From positions 1 through 64,000 of the IMG/VR virus record IMGVR_UViG_3300026097_001200: 64,000 nt of DNA. One strand, given 5' to 3'. Positions within the stretch are counted from its first letter, which is position 1. Every line of letters begins with the position of its first letter. This document shows, in pieces, positions 1 to 8,113 of the stretch. Source of the stretch: a virus. A program made the position numbers and the translations under genes. The notes under the pieces were generated by a model that was not told where the DNA came from, did not search any database, and saw only the letters and a list, made by a program, of their open reading frames with translations.

Positions 1-2
1 AA

Positions 3-125
3 GATGCTTGCTATCACAAAGTTAAAAGTCGCTACAAAGTGTGGCCCAGTGCCTATGCCAGTGGTGCATTGGTGCAATGCCGCAAAGTAGGCGCCGCCAA
101 CTGGGGCAACAAGAGCAAGAAGTAA
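3..125 (+). CDS. 3' end of a small basic phage protein (partial at window edge)
   Basis: Frame 3 reads DACYHKVKSRYKVWPSAYASGALVQCRKVGAANWGNKSKK*, a motif typical of T4-like phage small proteins; its TAA overlaps the next ATG (TAATG at 123-127). Not in the ORF track. Confidence 0.7.
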   Translation, partial: DACYHKVKSRYKVWPSAYASGALVQCRKVGAANWGNKSKK

Positions 126-532
126 TGAGAGATCTCATTTGCCTATTAGAAGCAGTTGAAAAGAATTGTCCTTTGCCCACACAGGATTTGGAGTTGAACA
201 CCAAGAATCGAGATGAGAGCATTCGTGCAGATCACATTCAGTACGGACCTTTAAACGTCAACAATCCAGGCGACTACTGGAAAGACATAGCAGACCACTG
301 GAACACCACAGAATCAGCCGCAAAAGACAGTTTGTGTGCAAACTGTGCAGCATTTGATATCTCGCCAAGAATGCTGGAGTGTATGCCAGGCAAATTGGAG
401 GACGAAGACGGCCACTTGGGCTACTGCTGGATGCACAAATTCAAGTGCCACAGTGCAAGAACCTGTCGTACATGGGCAGCCGGTGGTCCAATTACCACAG
501 ATGAAACCAGTTACAGTTGGGACAAAGACTGA
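125..532 (+). CDS. Cys/His-rich hypothetical protein, probable metal binder
   Basis: CANC...GYCWMHKFKCHSARTC; ATG at 125 is coupled to the upstream stop, so it is preferred over the track start at 41. Confidence 0.75.
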   Translation: MRDLICLLEAVEKNCPLPTQDLELNTKNRDESIRADHIQYGPLNVNNPGDYWKDIADHWNTTESAAKDSLCANCAAFDISPRMLECMPGKLEDEDGHLGYCWMHKFKCHSARTCRTWAAGGPITTDETSYSWDKD

Positions 533-665
533 TGCGTGCAGATGAAATTTCTGAAAGTTTACGAGATTGGTTCGGCAAAGGCAAAAAAGGCGGCGCTGGC
601 GGACCTATTACCACAGACGAAACCAGCTTTAGTTGGGACAAGGACTAGCATGCGAGCCGATGATT
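482..665 (+). repeat. Diverged direct repeat of about 65 bp (482-546 versus 598-664)
   Basis: ggtggtccaattaccacagatgaaaccagttacagttgggacaaagactgatgcgtgcagatga versus ggcggacctattaccacagacgaaaccagctttagttgggacaaggactagcatgcgagccgatga; differences are mostly synonymous. Confidence 0.9.
532..648 (+). pseudogene. 38-aa chimeric or truncated ORF (MRADEISESLRDWFGKGKKGGAGGPITTDETSFSWDKD)
   Basis: TGATG-coupled start; last 16 codons are a diverged copy of the C-terminus of 125..532. Confidence 0.65.
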
Positions 666-955
666 TTTTGCCAGAAAAATACCAGGGAGGACTGCGCAAG
701 TGGTTCAAACAAGACTGGGTAAACATTGGCAAAAAGAAAAAAGATGGTAGTCACCCTGAGTGCGGAACTTCGGGGGATAAAAAGGGTTATGCTAAATGTG
801 TGCCAAAAAGCAAAGCATCCAGCATGAGCAAAAAAGAAAAAGAATCTGCAACTCGTCGTAAACGTGCTGCACAAAATAAAGCAGGACGCGGTGGCAAAAG
901 TCAACCAGGACAAGGCAACAAGCCCGTAAGAGTAAGCACTGACGCTAAAAAATAA
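650..955 (+). CDS. Small basic phage protein (DUF5872-like)
   Basis: MRADDFLPE...GLRKWFKQDWVNIG...ECG...YAKCVP; ATG at 650 follows TAG at 648. Confidence 0.7.
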   Translation: MRADDFLPEKYQGGLRKWFKQDWVNIGKKKKDGSHPECGTSGDKKGYAKCVPKSKASSMSKKEKESATRRKRAAQNKAGRGGKSQPGQGNKPVRVSTDAKK

Positions 956-970
956 AAGCACAAAAGTTTA

Positions 971-1981
971 ATGAAACACTTGCAAAGCTTTTTTCCTTCT
1001 GATACATTTAACAATTATACAAATAATATTGCATTATTTCATTATCTCGGTCTAGACCAAAAAACTGATGCGTTATGGGACAGGACACGAATGACTAGTT
1101 TTTTGCCTTACAGACAAATGCTAAAAAAAATTTCAAATATACATGACTGGAAACACATAATAGTTTTAGATAGTGAGCTTATACCTTTTTTTTCCAAGCA
1201 TACTTTACGGCAGAACCCAAATGTGCACACTTTTGCACCTGTTTTTGATAGTTCAAGTCAAATACACCCATATCTTTACTGGTTTGATCGAGTAAGACTT
1301 GCTGAAAAATATAACTCATATATACAAAAATTAGAAGATAGGCCTAAACCATTTTTCTTTGATGCGTTACTGGGTAATCCAGGTAGATCGCACAAAAAAT
1401 TAGCTAGGACATTAATCTCAAATAGTGTTCACAGAGATAAATTTTTTTTAGGCAACCCGATGGTAATTACGCAGGCCTCAGATGACCAATTTGCAATCGG
1501 AGCAGAATTGCACAAGGGCATGGTAAAAGGAAATATGATTTATAAGCAACATATTAGTCAAATACCCTTGCCGCATTATTGTCCTATACTAGACGACATT
1601 CCTTACCTGATTTATAATAAATGCTGGTTTAGCTTTGTATGCGAAACAAATGCTGAATTTGGTCCTCCTTACATGACAGAAAAAACAGCTCGTCTTTTAG
1701 CAGGAAAACGTATGTTTGTGGCATTTGCTCCGCGGTACTATTTACAACGTTTAAAAGATATGGGATTCAGGACATTTGACACTGTAATAGATGAAAGCTA
1801 TGATTCTGAAAAACACTTTGAGACTAGAATGCATAAAGCCTGGCAACAGGCAGAGCTACTTTGTACATTAGACCCCGCAGATATTCACAAGAAAGTATCA
1901 TGTATCTTGGATCACAATCAAAAATTATTACTGGAAACAGATTGGTCTAATCTAGTGTATAATCAAATAAAGAGTATGTAG
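971..1981 (+). CDS. Hypothetical protein with glycosyltransferase-like C-terminus (ET...TEKT...LKxMGFxTF)
   Basis: Shares C-terminal motif set with 44529..45659; AT-rich. Confidence 0.55.
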   Translation: MKHLQSFFPSDTFNNYTNNIALFHYLGLDQKTDALWDRTRMTSFLPYRQMLKKISNIHDWKHIIVLDSELIPFFSKHTLRQNPNVHTFAPVFDSSSQIHPYLYWFDRVRLAEKYNSYIQKLEDRPKPFFFDALLGNPGRSHKKLARTLISNSVHRDKFFLGNPMVITQASDDQFAIGAELHKGMVKGNMIYKQHISQIPLPHYCPILDDIPYLIYNKCWFSFVCETNAEFGPPYMTEKTARLLAGKRMFVAFAPRYYLQRLKDMGFRTFDTVIDESYDSEKHFETRMHKAWQQAELLCTLDPADIHKKVSCILDHNQKLLLETDWSNLVYNQIKSM

Positions 1982-2000
1982 TAACAAACTAAATACTGCC

Positions 2001-2675
2001 ATGAGAGCAAGTGAGTTTGATCAAAGCCTAGAAGAAGGCATACACGATCCTAATATATTCAAGGCAGTGTTTCTTGCTGGAGGACCAGGAAGCGGCAAAA
2101 GCTATGTATACAAACAAATCATTGCAGGCAACGGCCTAAAGGTAGTGAACCCAGACCAAGCATATGAGTTTTTAATGCGCAAAGCCGGGCTTGAACTAAC
2201 CCCAACAGATATTGGCAGTGATCGTGGGCAAGAGATTCGCAGTCGAGCAAAAGAATTATCAGACAAGCAGGAAGAACTGTACAAAGCAGGCAGACTAGGA
2301 CTTGTGATCGATGGCACTGCTAAAGATGCTGATAAGATTGCTAAAATCAAAACAAGACTGGATGCACTAGGTTACGACACTATGATGGTGTTTGTAAACA
2401 CTGATCTAGAAACGAACCTAGCACAAAATCGCAAAAGAGAACGCAAGTTACCTGACGACATGGTCAAACAGTATTGGAACGCAGTGCAGAAAAACATGGG
2501 CCGTCTACAAGGCATGTTCGGAAAAAATAATTTTATTATCATTGACAACAGTTTTGATCAAAGAGATCGCAGTGCTGAACAGTTGGCCACAGTTGAAAAA
2601 ACAGTAGATCAATTCTTATCCGATCCGCCTGCAAAGCCACTGGCATTGCGTTGGTTGGAAGCGCACAGCGAGTAA
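2001..2675 (+). CDS. Zeta-toxin/AAA_33-like P-loop kinase
   Basis: Walker A GGPGSGKS, NPD, LVIDGT, RxR lid motif; CTAAATA late motif at 1989. Confidence 0.75.
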   Translation: MRASEFDQSLEEGIHDPNIFKAVFLAGGPGSGKSYVYKQIIAGNGLKVVNPDQAYEFLMRKAGLELTPTDIGSDRGQEIRSRAKELSDKQEELYKAGRLGLVIDGTAKDADKIAKIKTRLDALGYDTMMVFVNTDLETNLAQNRKRERKLPDDMVKQYWNAVQKNMGRLQGMFGKNNFIIIDNSFDQRDRSAEQLATVEKTVDQFLSDPPAKPLALRWLEAHSE

Positions 2676-2678
2676 AAC

Positions 2679-2879
2679 ATGGAACCAGTGGACCTCCAAC
2701 GCCTTGCTGGTATTCTAGATCAAAATTCATCTAGCATGGGCGAAGAAATTACACACACAGCCGCAGAAAAAGCAGAATATCAAAACAAACACAATGTACA
2801 ACCAGGCACAGATGAGTGGTTTAAACTCTGGTTTGCACAACCACATTTAACTGGCGAATCACCGTTTGGGAACAAATAA
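2679..2879 (+). CDS. Small hypothetical phage protein
   Basis: LQRLAGI and QPGTDEWFKLWF motifs; tightly packed with neighbours. Confidence 0.65.
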   Translation: MEPVDLQRLAGILDQNSSSMGEEITHTAAEKAEYQNKHNVQPGTDEWFKLWFAQPHLTGESPFGNK

Positions 2880-3439
2880 TGCGCGAAGTATGCATATATG
2901 GAGAGAATCAGTCTGCCAGATACACTGTGCATGTTAACAATCAACTTGCACAATCTTATAAATCTGATCTAATATACCGTTTTGAAACTGAATCCACTGT
3001 ACATGGCAGTTACAGTGTGCGAATTGCTGTTACAGAAGGTTCTTTAATCCTACAAAGTTCTCTAGCTAGATACCCTGCCTGGATAAACGGGAAACAATCA
3101 AAGATCAGTCTGCCGCAACCGTTTGACACTCCTTTATACACGTGGAAAAATCATAGACTGGTACCATTGTTGTTTCCGATAATAATTAAATCCGGCGAAG
3201 TGCTAGAGTTTGAACACGTTATGATGAACGGACCAGACTACTGGGAAATAGAAGTTGATGATTCTTGCAAGTTTTCTGATTGTTTATATATAGGAGATCT
3301 ATACAAGGAAGAGTATATTCCAGAACTGTTAAACAAGAAAGCTATTTACAACTATCAAAGACAACCGAATGATATACACAATCCTGCTCATCTCAACGAG
3401 CTGTTACAAGAAATAGAAGCAGTGCTTGGTAGGTCGTAA
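2879..3439 (+). CDS. Hypothetical protein
   Basis: 186-aa ORF, TAATG-coupled. Confidence 0.6.
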   Translation: MREVCIYGENQSARYTVHVNNQLAQSYKSDLIYRFETESTVHGSYSVRIAVTEGSLILQSSLARYPAWINGKQSKISLPQPFDTPLYTWKNHRLVPLLFPIIIKSGEVLEFEHVMMNGPDYWEIEVDDSCKFSDCLYIGDLYKEEYIPELLNKKAIYNYQRQPNDIHNPAHLNELLQEIEAVLGRS

Positions 3440-3506
3440 ACCCTATATAGCAACTTAATGCAGAAATGACAATGTGTTCGATCACCAACTGCACTGCTAA
3501 TTTTAT

Positions 3507-4271
3507 TTAGTCAGTGTGTTCATAATCATTGTCATATTTGTAAAAAACAATCTCCCAACTTCCGTCAATGTGTTCTACAAGAGCACTACAGGATTCTACC
3601 CAGTCACCGTCGTTCATATATTCAATGCCATTGATGTTCTTTATCTCTGCTGTGTGAATATGTCCGCATATAGCGCCGTCATAGCCTTTGTTGTAACAAT
3701 ACAGGGCCACATGTTCTTCAAAACTGTTGATGTAGTTCACAGCACTTTTGGTCTTTGATTTAAGGAACTTGCTCAAACTCCAGTAAGGCATATTCAACCA
3801 ACCACGCACAGTGTTGAGATGTGTGTTACACCATATTAAAAAGTTGTAGGCGGCATCGCCTAGATGCATAATCCACTTCTTGTTTGGCATCATCAAGCTG
3901 TCAAACATGTCACCGTGCACAACCAAATACTTCTTGCTGTTCACAGCAGTGTAATCATATCTGTTAAGGATCTTAATGCGCCCTATGGTGATGTCAAAGT
4001 TTAGAAACTTGCGAATGGCTTCATCGTGGTTGCCTAAAATATAATACACTTTGGTATCACGCTTGGCGGCTGTAAATATTCTACGTATAACGTTAGCATG
4101 GCTCTGTGGGAAGTACCAGCGGTTCTTTAAGCGCCATCCGTCTACTATGTCGCCAACTAGGAATAAGTTATCACAGGTGTGTTCTTTGAGGAAAGCACAG
4201 AGGGCGTCGGCTTGGCACCCTCTGGTACCTAAATGAATGTCTGAAATGAATATGCTTTTATAATGTGCCAA
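3507..4271 (-). CDS. Metallophosphoesterase, UDP-2,3-diacylglucosamine hydrolase (LpxH-like/YbbF) family
   Basis: SDIHLG, GDIVDGW, GNHD, HGD, CGHIH, NDGDWVES motifs. Confidence 0.85.
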   Translation of the reverse strand: MAHYKSIFISDIHLGTRGCQADALCAFLKEHTCDNLFLVGDIVDGWRLKNRWYFPQSHANVIRRIFTAAKRDTKVYYILGNHDEAIRKFLNFDITIGRIKILNRYDYTAVNSKKYLVVHGDMFDSLMMPNKKWIMHLGDAAYNFLIWCNTHLNTVRGWLNMPYWSLSKFLKSKTKSAVNYINSFEEHVALYCYNKGYDGAICGHIHTAEIKNINGIEYMNDGDWVESCSALVEHIDGSWEIVFYKYDNDYEHTD

Positions 4272-4346
4272 ATGTAATCCTAATCATGCTTTCTTATTTA
4301 CACATAATTATGCTACAACTGTATTACAAGGATTATAAATGCAGTA

Positions 4347-4511
4347 TCAATTCCAACTGCGTAATCTTAAGAGTTTTCTTTCTAACCTTGCCAGCTGGTA
4401 TTCTAGCACAGAAATATCACTGCGGTCCTGTTGGAACTCTTTGTTTAATATGTCCTGCCAAAGTTTTTTAGCACGACTTTGGTATTTCTGCTTTGATATA
4501 ATAGTAGCCAT
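4347..4511 (-). CDS. 54-aa basic coiled-coil protein (MATIISKQKYQSRAKKLWQDILNKEF...RLRSWN)
   Basis: Below track cutoff; AAGGA SD upstream and its own promoter (TTGACA-18-TATAAT plus CTAAATA on the minus strand). Confidence 0.7.
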   Translation of the reverse strand: MATIISKQKYQSRAKKLWQDILNKEFQQDRSDISVLEYQLARLERKLLRLRSWN

Positions 4512-4535
4512 ACTTTTTCCTTTTGTTGTATATGT

Positions 4536-4573
4536 TATTTAGCATTATACGCACAAAGTACATATTTTGTCAA
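4536..4573 (-). promoter_or_regulatory. sigma70-type promoter followed by a late motif
   Basis: Minus strand reads TTGACA aaatatgtactttgtgcg TATAAT g CTAAATA. Confidence 0.7.
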
Positions 4574-4614
4574 TGTATTTTCCATACACCTCGGGTATAT
4601 AGGTAAGTATTGAA

Positions 4615-5217
4615 ATGTCAAAATCAAATATTCTCATACTCGGTGACAGTTTTAGTGCCGATTGGCGTGGAGACTATCCCGATTGCCAGGGCTGGCCCGT
4701 CCTGCTTGAAAACACATTCACAGTTACCAACCTGTCACAGTGCGGGTGTAGCGAATATAGAATTGCACAACAGTTACACAGTGTAGATCCAGGCAACTTT
4801 GATTTTGTAATTGTAAGCCATACCAGTCCTTATAGATTGTACGCACCATATCACCCAGCATACAACAGCGACAGTCTTCACAGAGATTGTGACTTTTTGT
4901 ACAGTGATGTCGAAGCACACCACAAACTGTATCCCGAATTGCTCTGCGTAAAAGAATACTTCGAAACATTTTTCGATTTAGAACATGCAAAATTCAATCA
5001 TAGGTTGACAATAGAGCACATTGAACGTAAACTAGCAGAATATAGTGTGCCAGTGTTGCATATTGCACACATAGACTGGACAGGATTGTATACGCCCATG
5101 TGTTTTAGATCATACAATGATGTATGGAACAAAGAACGTGGCACAATCAATCACTATACAGACCGCGGCAATCAAATCATTGCTGACGATATTGTAGACT
5201 ACTTTAACAAACACTAG
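4615..5217 (+). CDS. SGNH/GDSL-like hydrolase or acyltransferase
   Basis: ILGDSFS block I, N-x-S-x-x-G, C-terminal NHY..GN. Confidence 0.65.
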   Translation: MSKSNILILGDSFSADWRGDYPDCQGWPVLLENTFTVTNLSQCGCSEYRIAQQLHSVDPGNFDFVIVSHTSPYRLYAPYHPAYNSDSLHRDCDFLYSDVEAHHKLYPELLCVKEYFETFFDLEHAKFNHRLTIEHIERKLAEYSVPVLHIAHIDWTGLYTPMCFRSYNDVWNKERGTINHYTDRGNQIIADDIVDYFNKH

Positions 5218-5225
5218 GAAGTAAA

Positions 5226-5486
5226 ATGGACGGACGAGTTTTTAATCCAGAAGAGCAGGCCAAGATTACGCAGATCATCAACGAAGGCATGCAGGTTATG
5301 ACAGAAGTTGCCAGCCTCAACGAAGGCTTAACTGATACTGTAAAGGCTGTCGCCGAAGAACTAGACATCAAGCCAAGCGTTCTCAAAAAAGCCATTCGTG
5401 TTGCTCACAAATGCGAACTGCAAAAAACACAAGAAGAACAAGACCTGCTGGAAACCTTGCTGGAAACTGCAGGACGTACACTGTAA
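5226..5486 (+). CDS. T4 DsbA-like double-stranded DNA-binding protein
   Basis: Size and helical pattern (DTVKAVAEELDIKPSVLKKAIRVAHK). Confidence 0.6.
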   Translation: MDGRVFNPEEQAKITQIINEGMQVMTEVASLNEGLTDTVKAVAEELDIKPSVLKKAIRVAHKCELQKTQEEQDLLETLLETAGRTL

Positions 5487-5489
5487 TAC

Positions 5490-6125
5490 ATGTTCAAGAT
5501 CATACACGATCGCCATAAACCAATTGTGTTTGTTGGAAACACAGGGCTTAATCAGCAACTGTGTTCCAATCTTGCAAGGCCAAGTCGTGTCTGCAGCTTT
5601 GAGCAAGTACAGAACATGGATGAACAATGGTTTTCAAGACATCAATTCATGTGTGTCACAGGCGACTACGATCTCAAAAAAAGGATTGTGGACTTTTTGG
5701 AAAGCAAGCATGCAGCCTTTTTTAGCATTGTTGGCGAACAAAACCTCATTGATCCAGCGGTGACTATTGGTGTTAACACATTTATAAACAGCTACAATGA
5801 TTTACTAGGATCGCCTATCAGCATTGGGCATCATGTGATACTGAGCTGTTTTTGTCAACTGGGCAGAGATGTTAAAATCAATAACTTCTGTCACGTAAGC
5901 AGTTATGTGTACATCAATAATTGTCATGTAGGCGAAGGCACTGCACTGGGCACTAGAAGCAGTGTACTAGGCCCAAAGCTCACAGATGACGATACCAAAT
6001 ATATTGCGCCTATGTGCAATTTTTTGGCAAACAGTGTGATCACAAAAAACATCACCGAAACAGGAACCTATTTTGGCAATCGCAAGTCAAACAGCCTATC
6101 CAGACAGCAGTACAGAATTATCTAA
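5490..6125 (+). CDS. Hexapeptide-repeat sugar acetyltransferase (PglD/NeuD-like)
   Basis: N-terminal Rossmann-like part, then IGxxxx left-handed beta-helix repeats, ending GTYFG. Confidence 0.7.
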   Translation: MFKIIHDRHKPIVFVGNTGLNQQLCSNLARPSRVCSFEQVQNMDEQWFSRHQFMCVTGDYDLKKRIVDFLESKHAAFFSIVGEQNLIDPAVTIGVNTFINSYNDLLGSPISIGHHVILSCFCQLGRDVKINNFCHVSSYVYINNCHVGEGTALGTRSSVLGPKLTDDDTKYIAPMCNFLANSVITKNITETGTYFGNRKSNSLSRQQYRII

Positions 6126-7062
6126 ATTCTTACAGTCGTTGCAGGCTGCCGCTGAGATGCACACTGTAAGCGATCAGGCTGTGTGCGATCAACAGCACTT
6201 GAACTTTTGTTTACTGCGTGACAGTCTCACCGAAGCTCAGTATACCTGGGCGTTTGGTAACAATGACCCTGTGTGGATAGATCAACTGTTGGATCATGTT
6301 CCTGCTCATGCGCCCGAAGAATTATACGATCTGCAACGAGAGCATCCGCCGTATGGCATGTTTGAATCCGGACCTATCCTAGTAGAGAATTCCGGCAGTA
6401 CCAGTGCCAAGCGAAGACTGCCATTTAGTCTGCATCGATGGTTGAAGTACGTAACACCGGCCAGTAGAGGATTAACCTACTATGGAGTCGACAGCAGTGA
6501 CTTGATTTTGACTACCGATCCAGGCGGCACTCAAGCAGGGTATCGAACCATAGAGGAAGCTGGCAGTTGGTTGTGCGGTAGCACAGTGATTCCCGAACGC
6601 AGTAGCAGCTTAACACGCAAGCTAGAAACCATTCGAGACTATGGTATCACAGTGTTTGTAACCAATGGACAGAAGATAGAAAGACTACTGAGACAAAACG
6701 TATCCAAATATATTCAACACTCCATGAAACTGATTGTGATTACTGGTACTCCCACTGATCGTATTCGAGCTATAGAAGATCGCTTTCAGTGCCCAGTTAC
6801 AGAATACTATGGCAGCAGCGAAATGGGTCATACATACTTTACCTGTAATCAAGGTCGGAGACATTTACACATTGACTTTGTGTATCCTGGACATAAGAAA
6901 GGAAAAACAGTGTTTAACAATGTTGCAACACTGCCAATTTTCAACTACGACCTGGGAGACGAACTTGAGTATGAATGGAACGGACAGTGTGATTGTGGGT
7001 CGTATCTACCAGTGGTAACGCACTTTAAAACAAAAAACTTTTCACAAATAATCAAGGAGTAA
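6073..7062 (+). CDS. Phenylacetate-CoA ligase (PaaK)-like adenylate-forming protein
   Basis: NSGST, ITGTP, YYGSSEMG, FNYDLGD, CDCGS motifs; start uncertain (ATG at 6157 possible). Confidence 0.75.
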   Translation: MAIASQTAYPDSSTELSKFLQSLQAAAEMHTVSDQAVCDQQHLNFCLLRDSLTEAQYTWAFGNNDPVWIDQLLDHVPAHAPEELYDLQREHPPYGMFESGPILVENSGSTSAKRRLPFSLHRWLKYVTPASRGLTYYGVDSSDLILTTDPGGTQAGYRTIEEAGSWLCGSTVIPERSSSLTRKLETIRDYGITVFVTNGQKIERLLRQNVSKYIQHSMKLIVITGTPTDRIRAIEDRFQCPVTEYYGSSEMGHTYFTCNQGRRHLHIDFVYPGHKKGKTVFNNVATLPIFNYDLGDELEYEWNGQCDCGSYLPVVTHFKTKNFSQIIKE

Positions 7063-7070
7063 TTTTTATT

Positions 7071-7976
7071 ATGAAATTTTTAGCAGTTATTTTTACAACT
7101 CTCTTGGCTACTAGTGCAATGGCAAAAACACAGGTTCCTGTGTATTGGCCTTTCAGTATTGGTAACGTACAAGCACAAGCAGTACGTGTTTTATTGGACG
7201 CTGTAAACACAGCAGATGTTGACCCAGACTATCGCTATGTACAAGCACACAAGCCAGGTGCTGGCAGTGCCATTGCCGCTCGTCGAGTAGCACAACAAAA
7301 CGGAGCTGAGCTTTTATCTGTTAGCAGCAGTTATTTCATTCGTCCTCTGTTTTATCCTGAAGACAGCCATGCAGTAGCAGATCTTCAGCCAGTGGTGCGT
7401 ATCAGCACCAATCAACCGGTGTTGATTGTGGGCAAACCAGAATATCAATCGCTTGCTGACTTACAAGACAAAGAAAGTGTAACAATTGGCATGATCAACG
7501 GATCAGTGACCAACTTGATTGCCGCTACAGTTCAAACTGGGCTTCCGAACACTGACTTGATCATGGTACCCTACAAAGGCACAGTTGAGCCAATGCTGGA
7601 TGTAATTGGCGGTAGCTTGGATTTAAATGTTGGGTTTATCGACGAAGCTGAAAAGCATCAAAAAGCAGGCAAGGTAAGCATTGTGGGTGCCACTGGCACA
7701 GAGTCTGTTCGTGGTAATGCAACATTCGTAGAGCAAGGTGCTCCGAAATTTGCCGATATTAACCTTGAATACTGGATCATGACTGACGCTGACGTTCCTG
7801 AGGCTAGAGTGCGCGAACTGCATGCAATGTTTACAGAACATCTACAAGCAGGCGCTCCATATTGGGCACAAGACGAAGCACAGGTAGTGCCGCTTTCATA
7901 CGAGGAAACAGTGGACCATTTCTGGGCACAAGAAAAGTTTTGGCGTGAACTCAAAGCAGAGCTTCTTCCAGAATAA
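7071..7976 (+). CDS. Tripartite tricarboxylate transporter substrate-binding protein (TctC/Bug family)
   Basis: Signal peptide ending AMA, PF..G, KPGAGSAIA, VPYKG...DVIGGSLD. Confidence 0.85.
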   Translation: MKFLAVIFTTLLATSAMAKTQVPVYWPFSIGNVQAQAVRVLLDAVNTADVDPDYRYVQAHKPGAGSAIAARRVAQQNGAELLSVSSSYFIRPLFYPEDSHAVADLQPVVRISTNQPVLIVGKPEYQSLADLQDKESVTIGMINGSVTNLIAATVQTGLPNTDLIMVPYKGTVEPMLDVIGGSLDLNVGFIDEAEKHQKAGKVSIVGATGTESVRGNATFVEQGAPKFADINLEYWIMTDADVPEARVRELHAMFTEHLQAGAPYWAQDEAQVVPLSYEETVDHFWAQEKFWRELKAELLPE

Positions 7977-8023
7977 TCCTACAGTAGACATAGAGTCACT
8001 CCCCGTGATTGGCTCTATGGATA

Positions 8024-8052
8024 TTGCTAAATACTCTACAACATGTTATAAT
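8024..8052 (+). promoter_or_regulatory. sigma70-type promoter with nested late motif for polB
   Basis: TTGCTA-N17-TATAAT with extended TG; CTAAATA at 8027-8033. Confidence 0.65.
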
Positions 8053-8113
8053 ACGAGTCGTAACCGTAAGTTACATGAACCAAGGTCAGTGAGCCACAAT
8101 TCACAGGAGAACA

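Noticed and set aside
536-649. Track start at 536 for the 139-aa ORF
   Set aside because: This stretch is the off-frame reading of the 532..648 ORF; ATG 650 is the likely start.
4265-4542. Plus-strand ORFs 4265..4471 and 4339..4542
   Set aside because: The region is better explained by the minus-strand 54-aa gene with SD and promoter.
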